The notes below the pieces were generated by a model. It ran no database searches. It was given only the letters and a program-made list of their open reading frames with translations, and was not told the DNA's origin. Below are positions 13,851 to 26,529 of a DNA stretch of 64,000 nucleotides, piece after piece. Both the position numbers and the translations under genes were made by a program. Location of the stretch: NCBI GenBank assembly GCA_013265495.1, contig MU061578.1:3233308-3297307 (forward strand). Reading direction: 5' to 3'. The DNA is from Vicugna vicugna (taxonomy: Eukaryota). Position 1 is the first letter of the stretch, and every line of letters starts with the position of its first letter.

Positions 13851-15479
13851 CTTCCCTCCAGGCTGATGCTTCTGGGCCCGCTGCACCTTGAACAGTTTCA
13901 GTCTGACTCTCTTGGGGCAGGGGTAGAGCTGGGAAGAGGTAGACAGCTTTGCTGTCAGGGAAAACCTTTGTCCTGCCTGAGCAGGAGTTCAGTGCCTCTC
14001 TTGTGTGAGGAGTATCACCTTAGACCAGCAGCTCTTGAGGAACCGCTCCGAGAAAGCCAGAAAGACAGCTGGGGAGAGAGGCTACATTTTTGAACCTGGA
14101 ACCATCAGGCCCAGAGTCTAATTAATTTCCACTTTGGGGCTCTGCCTTCTCCAGGAGAAAGTCCCAGAGCTGTGGTGATGGAGACTGGGGCCTCGCTAGC
14201 TGAGCATGTCAGTGGGCCCTTTGTCGCCTTTTTAAGTGGTTAGTTAACAAGCATGTTTTGTGGTCAGGCTTCAGGGTCAGTGCTTGGGCCTGAGCACAGG
14301 ACTCCTTTGTGGTTGTCACCACAGAGGGTACCCCCTGGGTCCTATACTCCTGCCTTGCCCAGGCCCCGTCAGTGTGAGGGTACTCAAGGAGAAATGAGGG
14401 GGCGGGATGGCTGTGGGTGCACATGCTTTGAGTTAATGCATTTTTCCTTTTCCTTCTGGAGCCTTTGGTAATTCTCATGAGGCCGCTGGTGTTTGCAGAG
14501 GAGCAGGGTCTACGGGGCTGTGGTCAGGAGCCAGCTTGCTCTGGCCCGGCTCTTGACGCTTTCATGGATTTCTGCTCTGGAGCAGCACTCCAAGGTAGTC
14601 AGGGGAGGATGAATAGTTCTCTGTGTCGTCTTGCAGTTTTCTCAGACGGAGCTGCCCTGTTTACCGAGCTGCGGGAAAGCACAGAGATGGGCTTCCTGTG
14701 TGCGCTTGGGGGGCGGCAGCGCCCTGCGTGACCCTCTGCACCAGAGCTCAGGCTCTGCCGGTTGCTTCACCAGGTGGCTCTTTGACTGCAAAGGGGACAG
14801 CGGGGTAGTCTTTCTGGCCGAGGGGGTTCTCCTGAGAGTCAGAAGAGACCCTGCTGGGCAGGCCCCTCCCTCTCATCCCTCCTCTACCCCCAGCTTCTTC
14901 TTTTCCGCTTGTTTATGGTTTTATTTCATTCCAGCATCGGGTGGGGTGGTTTACTTTACTAAAATCCATGGAAAACAAGGCTGACTTTGACTACAGGAAA
15001 CAAAAAGCCCTTTTATGAGAAAGTCCATCCTTATCAACATGGTTCACTGTGGCTGGTGAGGAGAGAGAAGCTGTGAGGTCACCAGCTGTTCTCTTGGTAA
15101 GTTTGTTGTTAAGAACCCCCTTCAAGGATCCTGCCTTATGATGCCTTTTGCAAGAAGTACTGGTTAGTGAGGCCTAATCAGCATTTGGAGGAACATTTGG
15201 CTCTCTTTTACATTAAGAACTTTCTAGTAGGAGGAATCTTAGCATTTGTGACATGTGAATCAAGAAGCTGTTCTCAGGTTGGTGTTGCCTTTAAAGCAAT
15301 AACAAGATAATGTACATTTATATAAAAATGTACAAATAAAGGAGAAAACAAAAACCTTATCTGGCATTGTGAATCTTTTCAACCTTCTAGACTTTTAAAT
15401 CATTATTTATGTAAGAGAAATAAATAAAACCAGAGTCATAATTAATTTACAGTTGTAACCACTTTAAATCATTGTGTTG

Positions 15480-15990
15480 TCAGCATCTCGCACTGTCAGT
15501 ATATTTACGTCTACAATGATTTTAATGGTTACTTTTTCTTCATATGAGTGAATATGCTAGAATTTATTTGATTAATCGTCTGCCTTTAGGATTTTAGGTT
15601 TTTACTTTTCTGCTGTTATAAGCATTCTTCTACCTGAATCTCCCTGCACAGTGTTTATTTCCTTAGGTTAAAGTCATGAAAATGGAATTACTGGGGAAAT
15701 ATGTACAGATATTAAAGGATTTTAAAATATTTTTTGACAGCAAATTGCCCTCTAGAAATGTATTGTTGATCTGATCAGGAAAAATGGTATATCAGTGTCA
15801 CTTTAACTTGCATCTCTCTCGAGTGTATTTGAGCTGATGTTCCTCTATAAGTGTTAGTGAACAAGTATTTCTGTGGGCGTTTATCATCTGTGTCATAGCA
15901 TGAATGCTCACTGGCCTCCATTTCTTAACCTTTGATGTGGTGGTTGGCTCAGGTGTCTTCTGAAGTCTTGTGGAGTCATAAAAGTATTAT
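15480..15990 (-). mobile_element. Old LINE-1 (L1ME-like) relic
   Basis: atttccttaggttaaagtcatgaaaatggaattactggg…caaattgccctctagaaa. Confidence 0.55.
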
Positions 15991-17033
15991 GAGTTTCTGT
16001 AGAGTTCCTTTCTTTTGTGGTATTATCCCTTCTTATAAGTTTCAGATGGGTGCCATCAATCCGTATCATTCCATAAGGAGTAAATACTGTCTTTGTCTTG
16101 ATTTAACATTCTGCTTTTGAAGAGCAAAGATGAAGGCAGAGAAAGACAGGATGAGAGATGGGGATAGAATGAGAGCCTGGAGAATCTTCATTTTGTGTTG
16201 ATTTAGAGGTTTTCTCCATTGTTGAATGATCTCTTGATGATTAAAAAAAAATTGTGATAATCCTAGACATTAGGCCAGTTGCATAGTTGACTCTATTCAG
16301 CAGTAGTGGCCTGATGCTCCAGGGTCTATTGCTTAGTATTTTAGAGCATCTGGAATTTTTTAGACCTCTCAAGATTGGGGTCCTAGGTATTGTCCCAGTC
16401 TAGGAACTGTTACTTTTAGATTTAAACAAAGTTCAAAACAAAACAACCAAAACCCAGCCACAGCTACCTGGGAGTGGCTCTTTCTGGTCTGGTCTGGTAT
16501 TGCAAAGTGAGGTCTGAAGGGCATTGTCCCCAGTCAGGTGGCTGAACCAGAGGCCTGAATCCAGGTTTTCCTGTAGGGAGAAAAGTTCTGCCAGTAGACC
16601 TGAGGGGGCCACAGGATAGAACCCTTTCTTCCCCACAGTGTGCTTGTTGGGGTGTGCTTTGTGCCACTCTGGGCCAGGGGCAGGCTCCCAGCAGCGGACC
16701 GGACAGCCTGGTCCTTGCCTGGGAAGGTGGATGAGGAAATAGAGCACTAGAATGTGCACATCTGGACGCCTCTCCAGGAAAGTTGTGCTCTGCGTGAGTT
16801 CTGAGGCTCTGGGAGAAGCCCCGGTGTGCAGGGGTGGGGCCAGTGGGTACAGGACCAGAGTGCAGTGAGGAAGGGGGAGGAGGTGATGATACTAGGGGCA
16901 GGAGTACCAGTCTACCTGGTGATCCCAGACCTGTAGAAGAGAATGCTCTTTGGCTTTTTCTTATCTCTTAGTTTCCTTGCCTCTTGCCTCGGCCTGTCTC
17001 TGGCCTATGTCATAAGTCGGTTTTCCCTATGGA

Positions 17034-18102
17034 CTGGGAGAAAATATTTGCAAATGATACGACCAAAACATACAAACAGCTCATACAACTCAACAAATAA
17101 CCAATCAAAATATGGGCAAAAGACCTAAACAAGCAATTCTCCAATGAAGACATACAGGTGGCCAATAGGCACATGAAAAGCTGCTCAACATCACTAATTT
17201 ATTAGAGAAATGCAAATCAAAACTACAGTGATTGACACAGCATTGTAAACTGACTATACTTCAATTGAAAAAAAAAAAACTACAATGGGGTATTACTTCA
17301 CACCAGTCAGAATGCCATCATTAAAAAGTCCANNNNNNNNNNNNNNNNNNNNNNNNNNNNNNNNNNNNNNNNNNNNNNNNNNNNNNNNNNNNNNNNNNNN
17401 NNNNNNNNNNNNNNNNNNNNNNNNNNNNNNNNNNNNNNNNNNNNNNNNNNNNNNNNNNNNNNNNNNNNNNNNNNNNNNNNNNNNNNNNNNNNNNNNNNNN
17501 NNNNNNNNNNNATTCGAAAAGATGTATGCACCCCAATGTTCACAGCAGCACTATTTACAATAGGCTAGATATGGAAGCAACCTAAATGTCCATTGACAGA
17601 TTATTGGATAAAGAAGTTACAATGTATGTACACAGTGGAGTACTATTCAACCATAAAAAATAATAAAATAATGCCATTTGCAGCAACATGGATGACCTAG
17701 AGATTGTCATACTAAGTGAAGTAAGTCAGAGAAAGACAAATTATCATATGATACCACTTATATGGAATCTTTAAAAAATGATACAAATGAACTTATTTAC
17801 AAAACAGACAGACTCACAGGCATAGGAAACAAACTTGTGGTTACCAGCGGGGAAAGGGGAGGGTTGAGGGATAAATCAGGAGTTCGGGATTTGCAGGTAC
17901 TAATTATTACATTAAAAATAGATAAACAAGGTCCTACTATGTATCGCAGAGAGCTATATTCAATAGCTATGTTCAGTAGTGTCTAATAACCTATAATGGA
18001 AAAGAATATGAGAAAGAATGTATTATATATAACTGAATCACTATGCTGTACACCAGAAACTAACACAACATTGTGAATCAACTATACTTCAATTAAAAAA
18101 AA
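17034..18102 (+). mobile_element. LINE-1 ORF2 end plus 3'UTR (artiodactyl-type), with a gap and a nested L1 tail
   Basis: tgggagaaaatatttgcaaatg…cagcagcactatttacaatag…ccatttgcagcaacatggatg…caactatacttcaattaaaaaaaa. Confidence 0.92.
17333..17511. other. Assembly gap inside an L1
   Basis: Direct read. Confidence 1.
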
Positions 18103-19424
18103 GTTTGTTGTCCAAGTGAAGCAAAACACTGGTACTACTTGAGGACGGGGTTGGCAAGGTCTGCCTTGTTTTTGGTGATGACTTTGCAGAGGAGGCTCTC
18201 CTTGTGGAGGGGTGGAGGGTGTCTCCTTCTGAAGACTTACAGTGTGATAACTTGCAGGCTGTCCTCCCAGAGTGGCCCTTGGTACTGCTCACCTGGGCAG
18301 TGTGCAGTGGGCCTAAAGGACTGCTAGGGCCTGGGACCAGTGTGTCCTTCAGAAGACACCTGTGTGCAGATGGTGCCCGGCCTGGCTGTTCACACGGTGC
18401 TGCTTATTCACACATGCCGGGGCTCTTTTGTAAAGCAGAATGATTGTAAGTTTAAATCACATAGTAAAGTCTCTGTGTTGCTTGTGAATTTGCCTTCAGA
18501 TATACCCAGGTGGAAGCTGAAGACACAAGGGAAAGAGTTTTGGGTCCCAGCTCTGCTTACCCAGTGCCCTGGGTATAACCGTCTGGAGCACGCAGGGTCA
18601 GTGCTGGGGCTGTGGGTGGTCAGGGATTTTATTTGTAGTTTCAAATGGCCTGTGCAGCTGTATGTCTCCTAATCTAGTAGAGTGAGCATGGGCAAATCAC
18701 AGGCTTTGCCACGTTGCAGGATTTGTGCCTGCTGGAGAGCCCTGAAATGTGTGTGTCCCCAGTTCTCTCCTGTGCTTGTATGTCCCTTTGTAGGAAACAA
18801 AGTGAGGAGTTGTACCATGTCTTCATTATGACCGTGTATGACTGCACATGGCACCAGGCCCTGTGCAGGTGCCGTGCTCCAGCCTTGTCAGTTCTCCACC
18901 ACTTGGAGCCTGGGCTTGTGTGGTTGGTGTCTTTCCTAGGCAGCCTGTCCGTGCATGGTGGCTCCAGGGTTCCACCCAAGGAGAGAGAGACCTTTCCTTG
19001 AGGCAGAGCACAGGGTCTAGGAGGGCGTTGGGTTCCCTAGTGGGGAGGTGGGGCTCTGTCACCATAAAAGGGGGACATGGAAACCCACTCTGGGCAGCCA
19101 CCCATGCTGGGAGAAGCAGATGTTCTTTTGGTGTGTGGTGGTTCTGGCTGGATCAGAGGGTCTCGACCTGCGGCTCTCTGTTTCTTCCAGCTGAGGGTCA
19201 CTGTCTCGGAGGAAACATTTCCTGAGCACCTGTTGTGGGCCAGGGCGGACCAGAATATGCCTTAGGGGTATAGCAGTGAGCAGAATGGACCATGGCAGTG
19301 GGCTCCCAAAAAGGGTGAGAATAAAAGCTTAAAATTGGCCTTCAGATAAGCTGAAGAGTAGATTAATTTAAGACAGAAGAGTGGAAGGTGTATCTCAATA
19401 AACTGTTTTTAAAAAGTACAGTGG

Positions 19425-19812
19425 GTGTGGAAGGTATGGCCCCCAAAGTCGTCCAGGTCCTAATCCCTGGAGCCTGTGAATGTTACCTAACATGGCAAAT
19501 GGGGCTTCGTGGGCAGATTAAACTAAGGGTCTTGGGTGGGATTATCCTGCTGGGCTCTACATGGAACCACAGGAGCCACAGTGAGGGAGGTGGTGTGATG
19601 GTGGAGGCAGAGCCGGGTGTAGCAGCTGGAAGGTGGGGGAGCGGGTTCTCCCTTGGAGCCTCCAAAAGGAACCAGCCCTGTGGACTCTTTGATTTTAGCC
19701 TGTAGGACTCATTTTGAACTCTTGACTCCCAGAACTGTAAGAGAATAGATTTCTGTTGTTTTAGGGTTCTGAATTTGTGGTAATTTGTTACAGCAGCAGT
19801 AGGAAGCTAATA
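19425..19812 (+). mobile_element. MLT1 (MaLR) solo LTR, MLT1D-like
   Basis: tggcccccaaag…cctaatccctggagcctgtgaatgttacc…cccagaactgtaagagaata…ttgttacagcagcagtaggaagctaata. Confidence 0.85.
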
Positions 19813-20044
19813 GAATAGGGATAAGTTTACTCGATCCAAGAAAGGGAAACCAACAGCTTCAGATGAAGGAGATAGAAGTTCAAAGCACTTCAGAAGCTGT
19901 GGAGGGAGGATTGAAGATGGGAAGAAACCACTATCGTTTTACATCTAGACGCTTGAGATGTAAAACAGTGACGTTTACCCAGGTTGTTAAATGTCATGGT
20001 GTTACAATCACACTGCTTGTACATGTTTTCTCTTCTTAAGTTAT

Positions 20045-20830
20045 ACCATTATGGCCGTCATCAAAAAGAGCACAAATGACTAATGTTGGAGAGGGTGTGG
20101 AGAAAAGGGAACCCTCATAAACTATTGNNNNNNNNNNNNNNNNNNNNNNNNNNNNNNNNNNNNNNNNNNNNNNNNNNNNNNNNNNNNNNNNNNNNNNNNN
20201 NNNNNNNNNNNNNNNNNNNNNNNNNNNNNNNNNNNNNNNNNNNNNNNNNNNNNNNNNNNNNNNNNNNNNNNNNNNNNNNNNNNNNNTGCACCCTAATGTT
20301 CATAGCAACATTATTTCCAACTGCCAAGATACAGAAGCAACCTAAGTGTCCATCAACAGGTGAATGGATGAAAAAGATGTGGTATATACACACAATGGAA
20401 TACTAATAAGCTACTAAAAATGAAAATTTGCCATTTGCAGCAACATGGATGGACGTGGATGACATTACGCTAAATGAAATAAGTCACGCAGAAAAAGACA
20501 ACTACTGCATGGTATCACTTACATGTGGAATCTAAAAAACAGAACAAACTAATGAATACAGCAAAAAAGAAACAGATTCACAGATACAGAGAACAAACTA
20601 GAACAGTGAAGGGAGGGAAGAAGGGAGGGGCAAGATGGGGTAGGGGATTAAGAGGGACAAACTATTGTATATAAAGTAAGTTATAAGGTTCTATTGCACA
20701 GCACAGGGAATATAGCCAACATTTTATAATAACTATAATGGAGTATATAACCTTTAAAAATCGTTAATCACTACATTGTACATCTGTACAATATATAATG
20801 TACATCAGCTGTACTTCACTTAAAAAAAAA
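20045..20830 (+). mobile_element. LINE-1 ORF2 end plus 3'UTR
   Basis: tgttggagagggtgtggagaaaagggaaccctc…gcaacctaagtgtccatcaacag…A tail. Confidence 0.9.
20128..20286. other. Assembly gap inside an L1
   Basis: Direct read. Confidence 1.
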
Positions 20831-20834
20831 CGTT

Positions 20835-21312
20835 ATGTATTTGCACACCCATATTCCTAGCAGCACTATTTACAGTAAGCAAAAAGTGGAAGCAACTCCA
20901 AGTGTCCATGGTCAGATGAGTGGAGAAACAGAATGTAGTGTATACATATAATGGCTCTTGTTCCGCCTTATAGAGGAAGCACATTCTGACACATGCTACA
21001 ACATGGATGAACCTGGAGGTCACATGCTCAGGGAAGTACATCGGTCACAAAAAGACACATCTTGTATGGTTCCACTTCTATAAGGCCCCTAGAGCAGTCA
21101 GATTCAGAGACAGTAGAGGTTGCCTGGGGCTGGAGGAGGGGTGGGGAGTTAGTGCTCAGTGGGTACAGAGTTTCAGTTGGGAAAGATGAAAAAGCCCTGG
21201 AGGTGGTGGTGATACGGTTGCACAAGCGTGTGAATGCACTTAATACCACTGAGTTGTACTCTTAGAAATGGTTGAGATGGTGAATCTTTTGTGTATTTTA
21301 TCACAACTAAAA
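20835..21312 (+). mobile_element. L1MB-like 3' end
   Basis: gacacatgctacaacatggatgaacc…gggtacagagtttcagttgggaaagatgaaaaag…atggttgagatggtgaat. Confidence 0.8.
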
Positions 21313-21559
21313 GATAGTAATAGCGTGCCATGATAGCCTTCTGAAGGTGAAGTAACAATAGGTATTAAAAGCCTTTAGAAAGTGAGGCTTAGCAAAGCAA
21401 CCCCATGTCTAGGTCAGTGTGAACAGGTGCTCTTCACACAAGTTTCCACTCAGCGTGTGATGCTCAGTTTCCCTCACCAGGCTGGCTTGTGCGGGCTCAT
21501 CTCGCTGTTGTCCCCGGCTCAGTCTCCTTTCTGGTTTCTGGGTCCTCTGTCCTCACATC

Positions 21560-21880
21560 CTCCATCTCACTCACTCCTAGTCTGTAAAGGTGGCCTCTGT
21601 GCTGACAACCGGCAACTTCTCCAGCCCGGCCCACTCGTGGACACTGGGTTCATAGTTGATGTCAGACAGACACCTCACACTCCCATGGCTGAAGCTTTGC
21701 GTGCCACCTACAGCGTCCCCATCTCAGTTAACAGCAATCCCCTCTTTCCAGTGACTTGGGCTAGAATCTCTTTTTCTGGCCCTACATCTGATCCATCAGG
21801 AATCTTCTGGTTCTGTTGTCAGAATACATCAGGGTCCCCCCCATTTCTCAAGCCTCATCTGTCTCTGCCCCACCCTGCAG
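21560..21880 (+). mobile_element. L2 LINE relic
   Basis: gtgctgacaaccggcaac…cccatctcagttaacagcaatcc…ctgatccatcaggaatcttctggttct. Confidence 0.55.
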
Positions 21881-23837
21881 GTAGCCAAACAGTACTGTTA
21901 AGGCAAATCCTGTGACTCCTTAGGCTCCCACATGCCACCTTGAGCCCTTGGCACTGGCTGTGCCTTCTGCCTGGGACACTGTCCCACCTGTCCTCTGCCC
22001 AGCGTGTCTGCAGACTTATGTTCCCACCTGGGGTTCAGGGTTTCCTGCCACACTTGTTTAGATGATTGACAGGATTCAGTTTCTTGTGGTTGTAGGGCTG
22101 AGATCCCTGCTGGTTGGCAGGCAGTGACCCTCAAGTCCAGCCACGCGGCCTTCTCAAGGAACAGTAGCTTTGCAGCCAGCTGTCTGCTACAGTAATATGC
22201 CTGCACTGGCTTGGCCCCTCGTGTTTGCATGCAAGCTTTCCCATCATATTCCCAAGCCCTCTCAGGACTCTGCCCTGACAGTGTCCCATCCCAGACCGGC
22301 CCTCAACACGAGCTTGGTTACTGCCCAGGGCACCTGCAACAAGGTCCCCAGTTGACAAGCCCACCACACAGACCAAACTTTTAATGATCTTTTTAGTAAC
22401 CATTTTTAAGTGGAAAGGGTAGGTCAGGGACCTCAGGTACTTTAGGAAGACCTCCAACAAGAATGGCAAAACCAGAACAGAGAGAAAAGCAGAAGGCACT
22501 TGAAGGGGGAGGGGAGTTCCAGAGTCAGTGCAGAGAACAGAAGAAAGCTTGGTTAATAAAGCTTAATTTATATTGTCAGATTAAAGAAGACATCACATTC
22601 AGGGAACTAGAAAGCACTCTTAGAAAATTAAAAATGAAATGAAAGTGTTTCTTTAATAAGAAATTAAAAATGAGGATCAAGTCCAGGATGTATCCCCGAA
22701 AGTTCTTTAAGGGGCAGAGAGACTAGGGAATGAAAGATAAAGAAAGTGCATAATGAACGACGAGGTGTGCCTGCAGCCTGACAGACAGCAGGGAGTGGGC
22801 AGAGGTGTTGACACCTTCCAGATGCTTCTGGAATGTGAGGACTGTGCCTCCAGGTGAAGCAGTGAGGAGAAAGTACCCCCAGCACATACAGCCAATCCTT
22901 CCAGTACAGGAAAGTCCTCACCAGCTTCTCAAGATTAAAACAGGCCCGGCACAGCTCTGGAATGGGGTTAGTGTAAGACACCGCAGCCGGGCAGGGGAAG
23001 GGGGCGGCCTTCCCAACCTGTGGCTGTATGCAGACGCCTGGCCAGGTGAGGCAGGAGTGCAGTCCGCACGCCCTTTCTCCGGAAGCTCTGGGGGCTTCTC
23101 AGATGGGGGAGCATAAGATGGGGACGCAGCTCCTAGCACGGAAGGAAGGTGGGCGAGGCAGCAGAGGTGCAGAGGCAGGTGGAAACAGTGAGACGTTGGG
23201 TGGGGCAGGGATGGTCTGGAGGAGAAGGTGTGACTATGGAGAAGGTGGGATAGAGCGATGGGTGTAGAGACGGGGAAGGGAATGGAGAGCTCAGTATTAA
23301 GGAGAGATTATATAAGAAAGGCAGTGCTCCACAGTTTAAATGTGGTTCACCGGCGAAAAATATGAACATGGCCCATGGAAGCGCAGCACGTGGCCTGGCC
23401 AAACCTGGGGGTGGGGAGGGTACTGAATCCCCTCTTTTCATCCTAGGAGGCCACAGTGCAACGTGGAAATTTGGCAAGCCAAGAAACAGCACCAGGAGCA
23501 CGTTCGACATGGAACCATCCAAGCTGAAGAGCAGGAAGAAGGGCCTCTGGAGCGGGGCAGGGTTGGGAGTGGAGTGGGGAGGGCAAGAAGGGTGGGAGCT
23601 GCCGTTTGGGTCCAGGCCTGCAGCCTGTGACTTTCTGAACCTACACTTGGTAGCCTATGTAGTTTCTTTTCTTCCCCTTCACTTATACTCAGGGGCTGGG
23701 ATTTGGCTGGGGGAGTTGAAGGGTGTTCCACAGGAATGAAGGGTTAGGGCAGAGGGCAGGCTACCCTCACGCAGCCGGGAGCAAAGCCTGAGCTCGAGAG
23801 GGGACACTTTAGCCCTTGGAGCGGGGCTGCGCAGCCA

Positions 23838-23856
23838 CAGTGCCCCCTCCTGGGAA
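23838..23856 (-). promoter_or_regulatory. Candidate CTCF motif
   Basis: TTCCCAGGAGGGGGCACTG against consensus TGGCCACCAGGGGGCGCTA; motif match only. Confidence 0.4.
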
Positions 23857-24076
23857 CCGACCTGACTTGCAGGAATGAGCCGGAGAGGCCTCTGCCTCCC
23901 ATCACGCCTCTTCTGTGCTCTGGTTTCTGTGGTTACCTAAGTGTTGACCGGATGTGTTCTCTGAGGACTTCTGTGAATTCTCTTTCATTTCTTTAGCACA
24001 TTTGCATGATGCTTAAATATATCCACTTGACCATTTTCCAAGTATTCTCGCACGCCTTTTAAGACTTTATTGTCAA

Positions 24077-24197
24077 GGGGAGGGTATAGCTCAAGTGGTA
24101 GAGTATATGCTTAGCATGCGTGAGGTTTCGGGTTCAATCCCCATTACCTCCTCTAAGAATAAATAAATAAGTAAACCTAATTACCGCCCCCCCAAAA
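24077..24197 (+). mobile_element. tRNA-Ala-derived SINE
   Basis: Same head and tail; imperfect TSD aagactttattgtc / aagattattgtc. Confidence 0.9.
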
Positions 24198-26300
24198 GAT
24201 TATTGTCTTTAAAATAACATGAAGACAGCTCTGTGAATATACTGAAAACCACTGAGTTATATACCCTTTACATTGGTAGACTGTATGGCGTGTGAGTTTT
24301 ATGTCTGTAAAGCTGGTAACAGAAATCACATGGACGGTCAGAACTGCTGGGTCCCCAAGGCAGCTGAAAGTGCCACTGCCCCAGACCCTGACCTCCCCAG
24401 CCCTCCATCCCCCACCAGAGGAGATCTCCTAACAGAATGGGTGGTGAATTTGCCAGAGAGCAGCAATCTGCCAGAATCCTGGTGATGACAGATGTAGGGA
24501 GACAGCAGCTTCCGGTACCAGAGACAACCCACGTCCCTGTCCCAAAGCATGGCAAAAAGAGCGTGTAACCGGTTCCAGTCTGGCGCTGAGTAGGTGGTAC
24601 CTTCCGTCCATAAAGGACACGGCGACATCTATCTCTAAAAGACTCAAGTGGATTCCTGAATATGACACATGGGAATGGCCTTTTCAAGGTATGACCAGTA
24701 CGATGCTTTTACTTTAGACCAGGGTCGGTGAATCAGTTCATCATCACAGGTCATCTCGGAACTTTAGGCAGAAACACTCCAGTTTCTCCAGTTGAGCACA
24801 TTTTCTATCAGTTAACCTACCTGTCTTTCACATTGAAGTTTAGAAATAAACATATCTTGCCTTTTAAGTTGCCCCAAAGTTAACACTAGATTTACTTGAG
24901 TACTTCATTTTTACCCAGCAGGACCCAGTAATTCCAGAGTGGTTAAGGTGTTGAGGGAGACAGTGAGTTTTCATCATGTGTTCAGACAGCTGGCCAGTTT
25001 TTTAAGAAGTAAATATATTTACTCATCTAGAGAAAGCCCTGAACAGGGTCTTTAAGCCTAAATTGCCAAGTGTAACCCCTGAGAAAGGGGTTACCTCTCC
25101 CCCATCCCCCCACCTCTCCCTCCTCATTGCTCCCCTCCCCGTCCCGTTGTCTTTTTTGTGTGCGTGATATGTGAACTCAAACCAGTGCCCACTCTGGTGG
25201 TTTTCTATTAAACGTGTCGCTAAAATAATTTATCAAACCTCCTTACATTCCTAAGACTCCTTCAGGTATCTCCGTTAAAATGAACCAACCCGCAAAATCC
25301 CCGCCCAACTCGAGTATGAGTTTGCTCTTTACAAATATTAACGTCAAGAGTGAAGCCTCCTCAAAGTTCAGCCTGGAATGAGTGACTCATTGATGCCTGC
25401 TGCTTGTGGGATTTGAAACTATTATTTTCAGGGGACTGTCTCAAGAAAGATCAGAATTTTTACTAGTAAATTAGTAAATATATGTGAAATACCTGCATTT
25501 ATTAATAACAGTTGTTTACTATGCTGTGGGGAACTGCCCTCCTCTCTCCTGCCTGCTGTCCCTTCTCCGTGCATCTGTCCACACCTCTGACTTCCAGTGG
25601 GTCTGTCTTACGGAATTAAATCAGTTCCTAATCCACCCGTCGTGGCTAGACTTTGTGAGAGTCATTGCATCTGATAGACTGTGTGGCCCATATGATTCCT
25701 GTAAGAAGACCGCTTGATAAAGAAGATGAAAGCAGTGCTGAAAGGCTTGCATCCCACTCCCACTGCTTCCCAGAAACATGGACATTCAGTTTCGGGTTTT
25801 TTCTTTTTAAAGCTGGAGAGATGTGGTTTATGTGACCTGTGCCTGTAGTGTCAGCTCTCTCATGAGTGGAGAGACTTGCTGCAGAGGAAAGGCAGGTCCT
25901 GGGCAGCGCCTGGGCCTCTTAGAAAGGGAGTCATTCCTGGAAAAGAGGGAGACCGATGTGCCCGCCTACCTCTGCTTCCTGCTGCTGGCCTAGACATGAT
26001 GAAAGGTTTTTACGCCACATCAGAGAGGGGGCTCCCTCTTTGGATTGAGTTTTTAATCTGCTGGAAAACTGACTGTTAGTAAGTTACTTGAGGGGAATGT
26101 AGACTTTGAAGCAACACAGCAAATACAGGATTTTATGATAATCAGAAGGATTTGGATTTACATAGTTGAGGGGTTTTTTTCCCTCCAATTAGGTCAGTTA
26201 AAATGTCCTCTTAATTAAAACTTGTTTTGCTTTGCAAGTAGGAACCAATTTGAAATTTCCATCCTTTAAATTATCTAACAGAACAGTTCAGACTTCCAAT

Positions 26301-26410
26301 TTTGGGGGGTAATTAGGTGCATTTATTTAATTAGTGGAGGTACTGGAGATTGAACCCAGGACCTTGGGTGTGCTAAGCATGCACTCTACCAGTGACCTAT
26401 ACTCTCCCCC
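26301..26410 (-). mobile_element. tRNA-Ala-derived SINE
   Basis: ggaggtactggagattgaacccagg…ctatactctcccc. Confidence 0.88.
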
Positions 26411-26529
26411 ACCTAGAGTAGTGCAAATACTAAGCCACATGTGTACTTCCATACCCAGTTCTTGCTTTTCTGTGTCTTTGCCTTCCCTCTTTTTTGGTTT
26501 ATTAAAGTGTACAATTCTGTGCTTCAAAA

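Noticed and set aside
25072-25102. Small hairpin taacccct-gagaa-aggggtta (also tgggattt-cta-aaatccca near 1758)
   Set aside because: 8-bp stems are expected by chance in 64 kb; no miRNA-sized hairpin.
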